From the NCBI GenBank assembly GCA_010405405.1, contig MU004230.1:654627-718626 (forward strand): a DNA stretch of 64,000 nucleotides. The letters are read 5' to 3'. This document shows positions 51,265 through 64,000 of the stretch, piece after piece; within the stretch, counting starts at the first letter, position 1; every line of letters begins with the position of its first letter. The translations under genes and the position numbers were made by a program. Under the pieces are notes generated by a model. It was not told the DNA's origin, did not search any database, and was given only the letters and a program-made list of their open reading frames with translations. The stretch is from Microthyrium microscopicum. Its lineage: Eukaryota.

Positions 51265-54200
51265 TTTCTGATGACATCTCCTTCCTACCTTCAACCATAT
51301 CTCCTATCCACCACCTTTCACGAAAAGTTCACGACCAACATACATAATACCACCGTCCCTCGTCGAGCTGGCGAGCAATTCTTACCGCCCATCTTCAAAT
51401 ATTTCATTTCTACCAGCATGTGTTTACACATATTTTCTTTCTTACACCGGCCAAGAAGCCGTACCTTGATACCCACTTGTATAATTCTACTTCTTTGTAA
51501 TATTTTACCCCCTCATCAAATCATGCTGCATGAACCCCCCATTGATCCCAAAGCGGTCACACACTTTTTCATTTGTTAACTTATAATGTACATGCTATTA
51601 TCTGCACAGCTGGCGTTTGCAGCATTTGCTTTGGAAAAAGGGGGAAAGTCCAACCAAGCTTGGATCTTGTTTTTTTGTTTATCAAAACTGGAATAGGATA
51701 AACGGGGGATTGATTTCTCAGTCGTTTTCGACCTGGCGTAATGCGAGGGCATTATACTGTAGTAGCACAAGTGTACATCATTATATATACGACTGGACAA
51801 ACATCCAGTCGTCGTCAGCCAAAGTCGTACCTTGGCTTTCCATACAAAAATATCCCTGGATGGGATAGCAGAAATACTTGCTCCAAATTTCAAAAACTAT
51901 ATCAACAACTTCCTCTACATTTCGTGTCTTTCTGTGTGATTGATACCTTGGCGGCATACATGGCTGAAGCTGTACACCTTTGTTGGCAGTTCACATGCTT
52001 TTCAGAATAGGTTGATGTGTTGCGGCGATCGTGCCTGTGCTATCCTGTCCATTTTTCCCCAGATGCGCTACCTGGGCTGGGTAATATATATTGCTTGCTT
52101 TCGTTCCGGATTGCGTCAGCTGGCGGGATCCTGGGGTCGAATTGTTGCTGGGTTGTGGGGGCATGGATGGGTGTGGTAATATCATCTATCGTGGATGTAA
52201 GAACCTGGATAGGTTTTCTTGATCTCGCTTTTGATCTGACAATTAGGTTATGAGTGGGGAAATGATGGGTTCAAGCATCTTTTGGAAAGTTGAGCTTTGA
52301 GTTTGATGCTTGTGTGGAGAAATGCAGCAAAGTATTTCTAGATGCGTAGTAGGTAACGAGTGGGAATCTGATTCGATGGTTGCAACACCAAAAGGCTAAT
52401 GTGGATATTCATATAGTATAGGTATCGTAATTGATAACTGATGGCTCGTAAAAAGTGGTGGTTATTTTCTTTGCCCTCTTATCGACGGCAAAAAGTCGCC
52501 CATTCTGAAAGCAATGAGATTGCATAAAAAGTTCAAATTGAGTGATGTACATCTTCTGTATTACAGGACTATCGTTTCATAGAGTTACTCGCGCTTCAAG
52601 CCTGCGACAATGTAACAGTATCTCCACCTCGCTTGTTAAAATCTCTAGCCCGTTCTCTCGCTTCTCGAAAGCGGTTTGACGATCATTCCCGCGACTACAA
52701 AGGGGCCAAACGCATGTCAGATATCTACGTTCCCTCCAAAAGAACCATTATCAGAGGGTAGTTCACAGAGCTGGCTCAAAACGGCAGGTAGATGTCGGTA
52801 TCCCATGAAGAACAGTCCAAAAAAGCCACAACGTATGAAATCCAGCTGGCTGCTGGCGCACGGAACGATCCGAGGGCTAACCTCACCCACGTGAGTATTC
52901 CCATCTTCTATGCAGAAAAGCGGCTCAATCTGAAGCACATATCATGCACAAGGTTTGCCATTGAGTCGCGACACCGATCGCAAGGTGACAGTACTAAAAC
53001 GATCTTCCCTAGCCTGGTATATTATCCCATGCTTCTTTGCAGTGATATATCAGTATGTAGCATTGTCAAAAGCGCCACAAGCACGGTGGTAGAAAGCCTA
53101 TTCCGGGGCATACTCCACGCGTGTGTTGGTGATCAGCTGGAGGTCTGTGGGCAGTGTGTGGTGTTCTAGAAGCATGAGAAGAGAAAACCCATGACGGGTG
53201 GAAGTTGGCATGGCATTTTATATATGAGGTCAATCTATTGGGGATACACTAGACTTGAGTGACTGACTCGTCTTTCCCCGCGATGGAGGGGAGATGGGGA
53301 AGTTTAATATATACCCTTGGTGGTACGCTTTGAGGTTTTCCGGAGTGTGGTTTGGTGTGCGCGGCTGGTCGGATATGGCTCCGGTCAACAGTTGCTGGAT
53401 ATGGGAGGTATTTGGGCTCATCGGGATTTGGAAGCTCAGGATAATGGTATTTGCTTTGTTGTAGAAATAAGAGAGGGTAGTAAGCTACAGTGGGTTGGTT
53501 ATACGAGAATTTGCCTCTATCTTATTACTGTGGCTATTCGTGGAGGACGATAATTCCCGGCTTATGGATACACACTGAACGGACAACGACGCTCGAGAGT
53601 TGATAGCAGATAATTTTGGATACTTTCCAGTCATACACGTCTACGTACCTGGTAGGCAGACATATCAAAAATATCAGTCACGTTCCTCTAGAGATATTTC
53701 ACACCACCACTTGAAAAACCAAATGTGCGAGTTCAGTGGCAAATTTCTTGCTTTTCATGATGGCTTTCATGCAAAAGAGGTGATAATTTCATGGTCAAGA
53801 TAAGAGATGATTACACAATATTTGTGCCTTGTCCCATTTTGGCTGATGAAGATCCGTATTCGTTTCCAAGAGTTTGGCTAATGGAAAAAGACAATATCTG
53901 TCTTCGTTTTAAGCACGACTTGGACTTTTGTCCCCCAAGCTAAGCACCAAATTGGAAATATTTAGAAAAGGAGAAGATGAGATGACCTTACGTTTCTTAG
54001 GGGCTGACCTCTTAGATATGCCAACCGGAGAATTAAAACAGTGTTCAAACGGTCGGACGAGTGCGTGTGCAGCCATGTATTGATAGTGGATCTGAAAGTC
54101 AGAAGCAGCAGGTTGTATGCTCACGATGATTAGCTAGATGGTGATATTTGACGTGCCGGACTAGTCCATTGATCAGCCTTACAGGCCATTTTGGACTTTG

Positions 54201-55562
54201 AGATTTGTTGCTTTTGTGCTGTTTAGACGCCCCTAATCACACCTAAAGCTGCGGGACAGGCCGACCAATTGTCTCCTAGAGCAACGATTTTGACGCTTTC
54301 CTAACGTCAATTGGCCTGAGCTGCTCCGCCACAAGCATGTCCGCCAAACCTGTCGACTGAATTTCCAACCTCTGAGAAGAAGGCACTGCATTTTCGCATG
54401 CTTCCAGGCTGAACCATGATGCCAAACGGCCTTGTCCGTTCTCGCCGCGGTGCCTGTTGTGCTTGTGTCTGGCTCCCACGCTCCGTCCATTGACGTGGTG
54501 TTTTTCGCGGTGCCTGAAGGGGCTGCTCGTCCAACCTCCCCGCCACCCACTCATCGTCTGTCTTTCCATGAGAGGCCTATTTCCACGTCCACTACAGTGG
54601 ACTTTTCCCCGCTGGTCGGGCTCGAACCAAGCGCTCGCTGCCAGTAGAGTGGCTTTGTCGTGTGCAACAGACGCGTTGGCTGCACGGCTTTTGCTGTGCT
54701 TCGCCCATCGCCGAATGCAATTCGTCCACCGGTCAACTAACCCACTTTGTGTTTTTTCCCAAATCTCGCGAATACCTACAGAACCGACTTTGGCATCTTC
54801 TTGATTGCGGCGAATCCCTATACTTGGTGATCATCTACGCCAATGATCTGTCAACTGTCATGGCCGTGCCCTTTCGGACCGCAGTATCAAGCCAATCTAT
54901 TCGAGCAATGCATTTGCCCACGAAGCCTGCGAGATGTCGCTAAGATCCCGCCTTCAAGTTCAATATCAATTTACTCTCTATTGCCCCAGATGCCCAGTTG
55001 TCTAGCCTTGCTCCCTGGTCTTTCATGGCTCCACTCTGGTGACCCATCACTTTACCCGTCTGAGCTTCGTCCGTCTCCCATTGTACTGAACTGTTGATTC
55101 CCACCCTCTAATACTCCAGTCTATCCCTGGGGTCTTGACTTTGCTCCTTGCTGCTTCTCATTCGGACCTGGTCTTGCTGGTTATTTTTGCCTTTTACTCA
55201 GTTGTGTCTCTCCTTTATATCCAACTGTATTCGCATTTACGACCCTCCCTGCTGTTACTCGCACGCACTACATGCCCACGAGACTCTGATATATATTAAC
55301 CCAAAACGAAGCCCTTACTTGTCAACCACCCCGCGAAGAACGGATAAGCCTTGGGAACGCTGCTCGGATCGAGACTCTATTTTCCTGGAAATCGATTGTA
55401 CAAACCAACAACATCCCACGACTTGGTCGTGCCGTTCCACACAACCACCACACAATCTCCAATTCATTCTCCTTGCATTAGGCGTCCAAATCCCGACCCC
55501 ATGTTCTTCACTAGGTAATCCATACTATTCGAAAACGTCGAGTCGAGACTGTCTTCGTCGAC

Positions 55563-57406
55563 ATGTCGAACGATCCAAATAATCCCCTCGTGCGCGGGCT
55601 TTGTCCCGCGCCTTTCTTGGATATGGCACAATATCCGAATGTAGGAGGAAGTAAGTTGGCATCTACTTTACATAATTGCGAAAGAAATAAGTGCTAACTA
55701 TCTGCTTTTACAGACGTTCAAGGTCGAATGTGCTCAGATGTAGGAGGCGGCTTAACCTGCTGTCTGCCCTGTCCTGCGACTGACTGGATCTATCCTCAAA
55801 GTACGATTTACACGTTTCGATCCACTGATATGTTCTAACGTGGACCTAGGTTTCAATATGTGGTACAGGATATCCCAGATAATAAGTGCTGTTGGGATGG
55901 CCATTTCAATGTTTCTCTTGATATCATGGGCTGTTCTACCAGCCGAGAAAAGTCGCCGACACTATTTGAGTGTCTGCTTGGTGATTGGAATCCTTCTAGA
56001 ATGCGTAAGTGAAATGGAGCTACTCAATCATTCTCGCTAACTGTAACAGCTTGCCTTTGTTATCCCGTTAGGCTCGAAACCAAACCAGTGTTACAACGCA
56101 ATTACGCCGCATGATATGAGATCAGACATTGCTTGCGCCTTTTCGGGCGCATCAGTTGTCCTTGGGGGGCTGGTGACAACAATTTGGAGTAAGTCTTCTT
56201 TTTGTGTGACTTGGGATTCTATTCTAACCAGGATCAGTTTGCTTCCGATCCCTTTCGATGCACTTGCAGATTTGCTGGGACATTGTGCCAGACAAAAAGT
56301 TCTTCTTCACTTCCCTAGGAGTTGGATGGGGGTTCGCCTTACTCTTTTCTATCCTTACACTTGCTCTGACTGGCGTCTCATATCGGTTTGGAGACACATG
56401 CCACGTGAACTCTACCCGATCCATGGGAGAATTCTGGATCCCGCTTCTGGTCATTGCGGGTATCACGGCATTGCTGCAATTCGGAACGTATGTTTTTCTC
56501 CATGCACCGTGTTAACTCCAATACTGACTACGAGTAGATTACTGTATTGCTTCAAGGTCTATCTGGCTAATGCTTGGACCGAGAGCAATGCTCCACCAAC
56601 CCAAAATAGCGATTTGCCATCTTACTCATCCAGCCACCGCACTCACCAAGCACGAATTATGTATCAGAGATTAAAGAAGGTTCTCTGGTTACAATGGCGC
56701 AGCATGACCATTGTTGTATTTCTTTTGGTCGATATTGTGTTCTTTGCGGTTGTCTGGATTCAACTCGACTACTCCGTGAATGATATCAGCCAGCATAAAA
56801 CTACGACAATCGTTCCATTCCTGGCTTGCATATTGGTAAATCCATCAATAGATGCACGCTCGAAATGTTTCGAGCTAGGACAACGAGCACTAGTAGGGGA
56901 GAAGACGAGTATTGCTGTTCTCTTGCTTCTCTCGGTATGTGACTTTCAACCCCATTTTCAGATGAGACACTAACTTCTAATAGCTCACTGGAATACAAAC
57001 CGGTCTACTCATGATCCGCTCCTCCCTCCTCTCCGCATGGGTCGACTTCTTCCGCAGTCGATTCAGCCGAAAGCGCGAGTTTGTCTCGCTAGACGCAAAG
57101 CGTTTTTCCAACGATCCACGAACAATTCAAATGATGGAAATGCACAACACACCTAATCGCGTTGCATCCGCCAATACCGCCCTATCAGGCACAGACACCA
57201 TATCGTCCAAAGAACCCGGCGAAGGCAGCCCGTACTTTGCACAGTCACATTTCGAACGAAATTACAAACAACCGCGGATGTCATTCTCAACTCCGCGGCC
57301 TCTCTCTAGCCATGCAACCCGTGGCTGGGACGGTAACGATACACAAAGCATTGGCAAATCCAGCCTTGCAAAGAACTCGATCGATCATCACGAAAATCGG
57401 ATATGA
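55563..57406 (+). CDS. GPCR, GprM-like (fungal class VII, secretin/GHRF-receptor-like), multi-exon
   Basis: N-terminal CPAPF...GRMC...CCLPCP; SWAVLPAEKSRRHYLS; QCYNAITPHDM; LHLQICW-like (MHLQICW); SYRFGDTCHVN; LQWRS; about seven hydrophobic segments. Confidence 0.85.
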
Positions 57407-58659
57407 AATTTTCAGATTTATTTTTGCTTTCTATACCCCCAGAAGTTGAGCTTTGGAATTTTATTCATTTTACTTCTTGGTACATATTCTGCTTTATAGC
57501 CGGATGTTGTGCTTTCAAGCGTTCGTCGCACAGCGCGAAACACTACGTTCGTTTATAGCCGTTGTGCTCTTCCGCCCAACGCGCTACGATGAATACTTTC
57601 CACCCAGCATATAGGAGGTCCTTACATTCAGCTGGAATGATCAGAACATGATGCCTCTTCCAGGGATTGGAGAGGACCCTCAGGGTAACCAGACTCCGAG
57701 GACTGGGAGTTGGAACCTCACGCGACCGTGGCAAGGATAGGCCTGGGTTGGAGATCCACTCTAGGCACGACACCAGGATGTGAGCGGCAACAGCCCCGTT
57801 TACGGTTTGCCCCAGTGCGCCTCAAAGTCCAGGAACATGGGCGAGAACAAGCAATTTTGTCTGTGATATTGGACGACTACTGCTTATGAAGCGAAACGAT
57901 TCGTGGGAGAGACTTCGTTTGGACGAGTCTGAGATACGCATCATTTCTAGCATTTTGCTAGAGCTCAAATATCCTACTTGTAGATAGTGTTTATATTTCC
58001 GCCAGGAAGACATAATATATACATCACCTTTACGCATTGTTTGTGTGTTCTCGTTATCGATTGAGTGCAAAATGATGTCTTGCCATCGGCGCTAGGGGCA
58101 TTTTCAGGGGCTAAAAATAAGAAGGATATCGCGGCATGCTTCCCGTTGAAAATAGTGGATATACAATATCAAAAATCATCCAATCATAACTGCGAGAATA
58201 ACATATGCTCATCACTAGGTTTTTGGAGCAGGTGTCCTTTCAACCAATGGGCAGATTGAGCGGCGCATTGTAATTGTTTGGAGGCCAATGTTGGATGCCA
58301 CACCTTTCTTTGATGATCATGTATATCTTTGGCTAAGTTTAACATCACACATTTAAGATATTCACTTCCGCACAAAGGGAGATTTCCATAGAGATAAGAC
58401 CTAAGCTAGGTATCTGCAAGTTCTGAGAATTCTTTGGCGTCCTAGGGTGCCCACTACTTCTGACGAAAGGTTTAGAATGTCTCTGGATCGTGACTTCGTG
58501 ATATTTCGATAGTAGGAAGTTCAATACTCCATCATCTGAAGGGGTTTGCTCAGTTCAAATAGTCGATTTCAGAATAGATTGGTAGGGTATATAAATTATG
58601 AGCTAGCATCGCTACCATATGCTTTCTTTCTCTCTTCCACGTAACATTGCTTGTCAGAC

Positions 58660-59857
58660 TTAGTATACAGCATATTTGCTCTTGCCAGTCATAACGTTAA
58701 CAAATTCCTTTGCAACGAGACGATCTGTTTGTTCGGAAGGATGGAGAGCATCACCCCACAGATAAGAGTCTGAGCTCATTCCCTTTCCACTTAGTAGGTT
58801 GGTAAGGCTGAATGTCGGAACACCTGTCACATTAGGAGGCTCGGTGCCGTTCAAGTAATCCTTTGGGCTGCTGATGATGTCCTCGAACTAAAGTTGGCGG
58901 TATGTTAGCTTCTGTTTTCGTGAACATGAAGTTGCTCTAGCTCATACCAATTTGTGGACGTTGTAAACGACCATGTCAGCTCCCGGGTATCTCTTAGTAA
59001 CCACGTCTTTCTGAGTCTTGGCTAAGAATGCATCATTCGCCGTCTTGACTTCGCCTCCAACCTTTGTATTGGCGGCCTTCAATTGTGTGGGATCAGATGG
59101 TTTGGTTGGATAGAACTGATCAGCTCCTTGTCCCTTGGGCAGAGTGTACAGAGGAGTTTTATCAAGTGGTACGTTATTGATAAGAATGAATTTGCGACCA
59201 CCGGCAGCATAAAGCTTGTCAAAAGCACTATAGACACACTCGACGTAATCGAGGACTGTCTTTCCGGGGGCTTGCTCGTCTGTGAGATATCCTCCTGCTC
59301 CTAGATCATTTGTGCCGATCCAGATGGTGTAAACAGTTGAGGCTGGGTCGATGTCGTTCAAGAAGTCTTTGCCGTCCTTCTTGAAAGCCTTGTCGGCCAT
59401 AAAGCCAGGGATCTCATCTTCTTGTACTCCAGCCATCTTTGGTCCGTTGGGAATTGGAGCCTTGCGTGGAACGAGCACCGAGGAACAGCTGGCACCGCTC
59501 ATAGCGTAGTTGTGGCTGTTCGTTCCAGAGTATTGCTTGACATAATCGGGCCAAGACTTCTTGCCTAATTTAGCAAACGGGCTTGTCTAAATCATTGTTA
59601 GGTTTGCTTAGAAAATGCATAGTCAGAAGAGGTCTCCTTACTGATTCGTCCCATCCAGGAGGAACTGGAGAACCACTCATGAAATACACGCCTCTTCCAC
59701 CATCCGTGTAACTGTCACCAAAATAAACCACGGTCTTGGGCTTTAATGATGCCCAAGGATTATCGGCCTTGGGATCAGCATTGTTTCTTGCACTTGGGAG
59801 TCCATAGGCGATAGACGCCGAGCCTAGAAGAGCCAAAACTGAAGTAAACGATGGCAT
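58660..59857 (-). CDS. Secreted SGNH/GDSL hydrolase (CE16 acetylesterase-like)
   Basis: Signal peptide; FGDSYTD, NYAMSGASC, WIGTND, WGDALHPS. Confidence 0.9.
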
Positions 59858-60436
59858 GATGTCCAAAGAGTGTAGTTACTTTTCAAAATCTTGGACACTC
59901 TCGGGCAATAACGAATATTTATTCTTGGCCACTTTCTTAGATTTAATTAACGAGCCACATGTCAACCCTCTTCCAGTACTAGGATTGGGACACGTCCACG
60001 CAATATCTAATCTATTGGAGAGCCTCATCTTTCCGGACATCCCGTTTTGCCTACCGGATTTACCGTGTTCCAGGGTTTTTTGTACAGTAATTACTTCACT
60101 ACTGCAATGATAAACTGGAGGAATCAATACTGTAAACATCAGAGGCAAAACATTGCATACCCTACACAGGTACGTACCTCCGTGGAAGAAGCTCAGTTCA
60201 AACAAAGAAAATGATGTAAGTGATCACCAGGATCTTTTATTGTTTCGATACAAAGGAGTAGAGTAGTACCAATGAAGCCAAGCTTGAGAATTTTAAAGTA
60301 GATAGTTCGGCAAAGTTGTGACAAGCGACTTCATAGTTCTCAGCGAGTGAAGACCATTGCTCGCAGTCTCACAAACGAACCATATCAAAACTTGAGCAGT
60401 TGTTGGTAGTTTTGCATTTCAGTTTTGTTCTCAATA

Positions 60437-61519
60437 TTAGAGGCTCCAAGCAGAAGTCACAGTGACTTTCACCATCTTGTCTCCATCGTAGCCAACCCGT
60501 TCCATCCATTGCTTCAAGCTTCTTGTTCTCTGAGGGTGTATTTTGTCCAATAGTTTATAATCGCGTTTGAGGACTCCAACGTTTCCTCCAGACCGCTGGT
60601 AAAGATGCCACCAATTGGAGAAGTTCTGGTATACTGTCAATAATGACTGATCGTTGGGAGCAGCTGAGGAGGAGCCGATCAAATGCGTAGCACTTTCGCC
60701 TCCTGGAGTTAGACCAAGCTCTGTGAACCATTCGTCAATAGTGATATTCGTCGCTTTTGCGGGTTTCCCGGTGACCTCTGTGAAAGTCGAAGCGAGCTGT
60801 GGAAGCGTCACATGCTCGACGGAGAGTTTGATATTGAGACCAGATGATTCCTTGGGATTCTCGACGATCCAGCGTACGTAGTATGGAATATCATCAAGAG
60901 GAGTATAGGGGATCGCACCGTCTCCAAGTGGGAGTCTGAATTCATATTCGCCATTTTCCTGTTTCTTGGGCGCTTGAAGATTCAGTAGTTGTTCGATGTA
61001 TGGACTGGTTGTTAGAATGGACCACCTCATAGGAGACTGTGGCAAAGCGGACATCCATTGCTCAACGTGACCTTTGCCATAGTAGTGACCGGTGCGAAGA
61101 GAGTCGTCATATCGTGTCTCAAGGAAATAGTTGTCCAAGGAAGACCAAATGTAATGCTTGACTCCACTTTGAACTGCGAGTTCGAAGATGCGAATACCCC
61201 AGAAGATTTCGTTCTTGATGCCCAAGGCCCAGCTGTTGAGGTTTACAAAGGCATAGTCAACGCCATTGAAAGCTTTGCGAAGCGCTTCCTCGTCGTCTGT
61301 TGCGCCAGTGTACAAGGTCACATTCTGCATGGTGGCCAGTTTCTTCGAATTGTCGGATTCCAAGTTTCGAGTTAGAACACGCACATCGAATCCATGCTCA
61401 GCAAGTTCTATTGTAGAGATTAGTTATGATATGGTATGATAGTTTTAGTTGTCAAAACCTTTCACAATAGGCATCCCTTGGCCACCCGTGCCACCTATGA
61501 TGAGGATAGAAGGAGACAT
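60437..61519 (-). CDS. NmrA-like NAD(P)-binding protein
   Basis: ILIIGGTGGQG, VRVLTR, EIFWGIRIFELA, HYIWSSLD, GHYYGKG. Confidence 0.9.
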
Positions 61520-62070
61520 CTTGAATTTAATATCCTCAAAGTAGTAAATATGTAACTTAATGAAATGCCAGTATGATTATTGTGCTGATGATAGAGAAAA
61601 TGATCAGAAAATTTCTCATGCTAAGAGGTTGGTCTTAAGTACTTCAAACTGCCTCGATTAGTGATCTGTGATGCGGGTGTACGTTTAGCATTGTATGACA
61701 AGTGTATCAGTGATCTAAGAAATTTGATCACTCTGACCTAGGGAACTGGAGCTTCGTCATCGCTTGAAGATCAAAAATTCTATCTGGGAATACAACATAT
61801 ACCAGTTTATGGACTGCAAAGAAAATATTCGCACAAAGCTCAACTGTAGATCAGATCGCAAGTGAACTCTCAAAGAATGAACATTCTGTATATAATCAAA
61901 ACATAAACGGGTATCGGTTACTTACCATGCTTCATTATTCGTTAGTTGTGCTACATAGCTTAGTTGTCAGACTAATGTGTGATGGGAATGAAATCTCGGG
62001 TATGTTCAAACTTGCCATATCATGACACGACTTGCAGTCGTTGCAAGTCACCTACCTTTGTCAAGTGCAA

Positions 62071-63000
62071 TCATTCACATTTTCTTGGTCCTCGAGAAGC
62101 TTTTCCTCGAAAGTAGACTATGGCATCCGCATTATCAAACTCTCGATCAAATCTCTTGAGGCGCATTCGGTGCGTAGCTTTCAAAGGTATGTCATGAACT
62201 CCGATGAAGTAGCCAAACATCCACTTTTTGTGTTCGAGTCGTTCTTCATCACTAAGTGCAATCCTGGCTAGCTCCTTAGATGGATCATCAGGGCGTATGG
62301 TGTAGGCTTCTATATCAAAAGCGTGTGCGAAATGTGTAGTATAAGCTGTGCTGACTTGGCACGAAGAATCCTGCACAGCAAGTTCCTTCGCAGCCAAATA
62401 GCTATTCCAATATCTGCCAGGATCTGATTTAGTGTAGTCAGCTCTGTTGTTGGCGTAAAATGCGTACAAGCTATCAAGTTGAGACTCAGTCAAGAGAAGA
62501 TAGTCCATATAGGTTTTGGGAAAATCAGGATGTGGTGCGCCGCCTTCTGTGCACCGAAACTCAGCATCAAATGTCTGATTCCTAATATGAGTAGGCGACA
62601 TGCCGTTCAAAGACAAGAAAGGCTGGAGTGGAGCTTGCAAATCCTTAATTCTGATTTTGAGCGGCAATAGACGCGGCGTTGGCTTCTTCCGCCATACATT
62701 CCCAAAATGGCCTTCGTTGAGCAACGACATTTTGAACAGAATCTGTGATATGTCCTGACGATTATAGGCAACTGTCAAGTCACTTGTATCCAGTTGTGTA
62801 AGATCACATTCAGGAGACATGATAGTACTGTTCAATCCCAATTTTGCAAACCTTTCTGATAGACTTTGCGGTTTGTTCATATACAGGCGGCTCCTAGGCT
62901 TTTTGATGATGCGCTCTTTTCGGGTTCGAGAAGTATTTCGGTCATTCGAGCTGTCTGAAAGGTCGGACCTGCGACGCTTGTTAAGGCTAGGGGGAGCCAT
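62071..63000 (-). CDS. Uncharacterised 309-aa protein with basic NLS-like N-terminus
   Basis: Intronless ORF in good start context (gctATGG); KRRR and RKERIIKK; HPDFPKT...LLTESQLDSL...KKWMFGYFIG segment. Confidence 0.7.
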   Translation of the reverse strand: MAPPSLNKRRRSDLSDSSNDRNTSRTRKERIIKKPRSRLYMNKPQSLSERFAKLGLNSTIMSPECDLTQLDTSDLTVAYNRQDISQILFKMSLLNEGHFGNVWRKKPTPRLLPLKIRIKDLQAPLQPFLSLNGMSPTHIRNQTFDAEFRCTEGGAPHPDFPKTYMDYLLLTESQLDSLYAFYANNRADYTKSDPGRYWNSYLAAKELAVQDSSCQVSTAYTTHFAHAFDIEAYTIRPDDPSKELARIALSDEERLEHKKWMFGYFIGVHDIPLKATHRMRLKRFDREFDNADAIVYFRGKASRGPRKCE

Positions 63001-63269
63001 AGCTCACTCGAGGAGACATGTAGATAACACAAATAAGCCAGCGGATATGAGAAGTGTATGTATAAAGAATGCCATACTATAAGCGCTCAATGCACGGAGA
63101 CCAACAAAGCAAGTAATCCGCGTGTTGAACAAAGAACTTAGCCCAAGAATGGCTTTCTTGACACCAGGCCTTTATTATCAACAAAGCCCAACAGAACACA
63201 ATAGTGCTGTGGCTTTATACTTCCAACATGGAACAATACATTGATTGGCCAAGGTGTAAACTGCACAAT

Positions 63270-64000
63270 CTAATCGTCTTCTGTGGATTCGCCAAGGTTA
63301 GAAAGCTTCAGTTGAAGGTCTCTCATCAATGTGGCTTTCTTGTCCTTTAGCCGCTGTTGCAAGATCTTGTTGGATTGTGCGGCAATCTGCTTGTCGAGGC
63401 CGGCAATCTCAGCCTGGATATCGTCCGCCTCTTCACGAAGTTGGGCCCTCTCCTCTTGTGCAGCACGCTGTTCCTCATCCATCTCTTCATCATCTTCATC
63501 GGACTCGTCGTCTGCTGAATCATCGTCAGGAGACGTGTGCGCTGGTACTCCTTCACCATCAGGCGTCTCCGTTGTTGGTTGCAAAGTGTCTGGACTGGCT
63601 TGAATATCCCCACCAGCGAGAATAGGCTCTTCGTCCTCATTTCCATCTCCCAGGGCGGCCATCATCATCTGAGTCAGGTCGTCTTCTTCCATATTATCGT
63701 CATCCTCCCCTTCAGCATCCATTTCTATGGAATTCTGAACCATGCCAATGTCCTCTTGAAGCTCCTCTGATTCATCGCGGACATTGGGCTCCAGCATTTC
63801 CGTCGTTGTCTCTAATGCTTCTCGATCTAAGCGAAGTAACCGGTCGACTTCTTCTTCTACGGCTTCGATGGTGCGATTGCTGACGCGCTTTCTGAAGCGG
63901 CGTTTCCGGACGTGATGAAGGGGTGGAGTAAGCCCGTGAGGGTATTGCCAATTGCTACTGCTCACCCCATCTGGTGGGCCAGCGTTCTTAGCTTCATCAA
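63270..64000 (-). CDS. taf7: TFIID subunit TAF7 (TAFII55), 3' part; runs off the window end
   Basis: WQYPHGLTPPLHHVRKRRFRKR signature; acidic region and C-terminal coiled coil. Confidence 0.93.
   Translation of the reverse strand, partial: DEAKNAGPPDGVSSSNWQYPHGLTPPLHHVRKRRFRKRVSNRTIEAVEEEVDRLLRLDREALETTTEMLEPNVRDESEELQEDIGMVQNSIEMDAEGEDDDNMEEDDLTQMMMAALGDGNEDEEPILAGGDIQASPDTLQPTTETPDGEGVPAHTSPDDDSADDESDEDDEEMDEEQRAAQEERAQLREEADDIQAEIAGLDKQIAAQSNKILQQRLKDKKATLMRDLQLKLSNLGESTEDD

Noticed and set aside
57540..57830. GC-rich stretch with a small hairpin (GGCAACAGCCCCGTTTACGGTTTGCC) downstream of the GPCR, considered as ncRNA
   Set aside because: No tRNA, snRNA, SRP, RNase P/MRP, TPP-riboswitch or telomerase-template motif recognised by eye; an Rfam/Infernal scan would be needed
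6067..63770. Numerous 60-130-aa ORFs in the six-frame track that are antisense or out of frame to the called genes
   Set aside because: Shadow ORFs or exon fragments read into introns; no independent motifs

Overview
Eukaryotic DNA from a filamentous ascomycete (Pezizomycotina; inferred from short ~50-nt GT-AG introns with CTRAC branch sites, gene content and RIP). Bases 1-5985 are an extremely AT-rich, RIP-mutated transposon block. It holds the 3' part of a Ty3/Gypsy chromovirus (RT, RNase H, integrase, chromodomain, PPT and a 226-bp 3' LTR are still readable) and a 1.1-kb non-autonomous hAT-type element with TIRs and an 8-bp TSD, inserted ~260 bp upstream of a ZIP metal-transporter gene. 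The rest is gene-dense euchromatin with about 24 intron-containing genes: ZIP transporter, Snx41/Atg20, an LRR protein, Rrn3, a beta-lactamase-family hydrolase, a divergent GH72 protein, Uba3, Tel2, Mtd1, Mms19, mL54, a Pro/Ser-rich membrane protein, an S53 sedolisin, dUTPase, a hypothetical membrane protein, Aim24-like, eIF2-beta, Mim2, Pex26, Nif1/Dsf2-like, a GprM-like GPCR, an SGNH esterase, NmrA-like, an uncharacterised protein and the 3' end of TAF7. The most unusual locus is the GH72 (Gas/Gel) gene at 17401-19571. It appears to lack the catalytic nucleophile Glu and has a transmembrane helix plus an acidic repeat-containing cytoplasmic tail instead of a GPI signal, so it is a candidate enzyme-derived beta-glucan sensor. 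It also shows a frame break in its linker. Gene identities come from motif recognition by eye; no database search was run.
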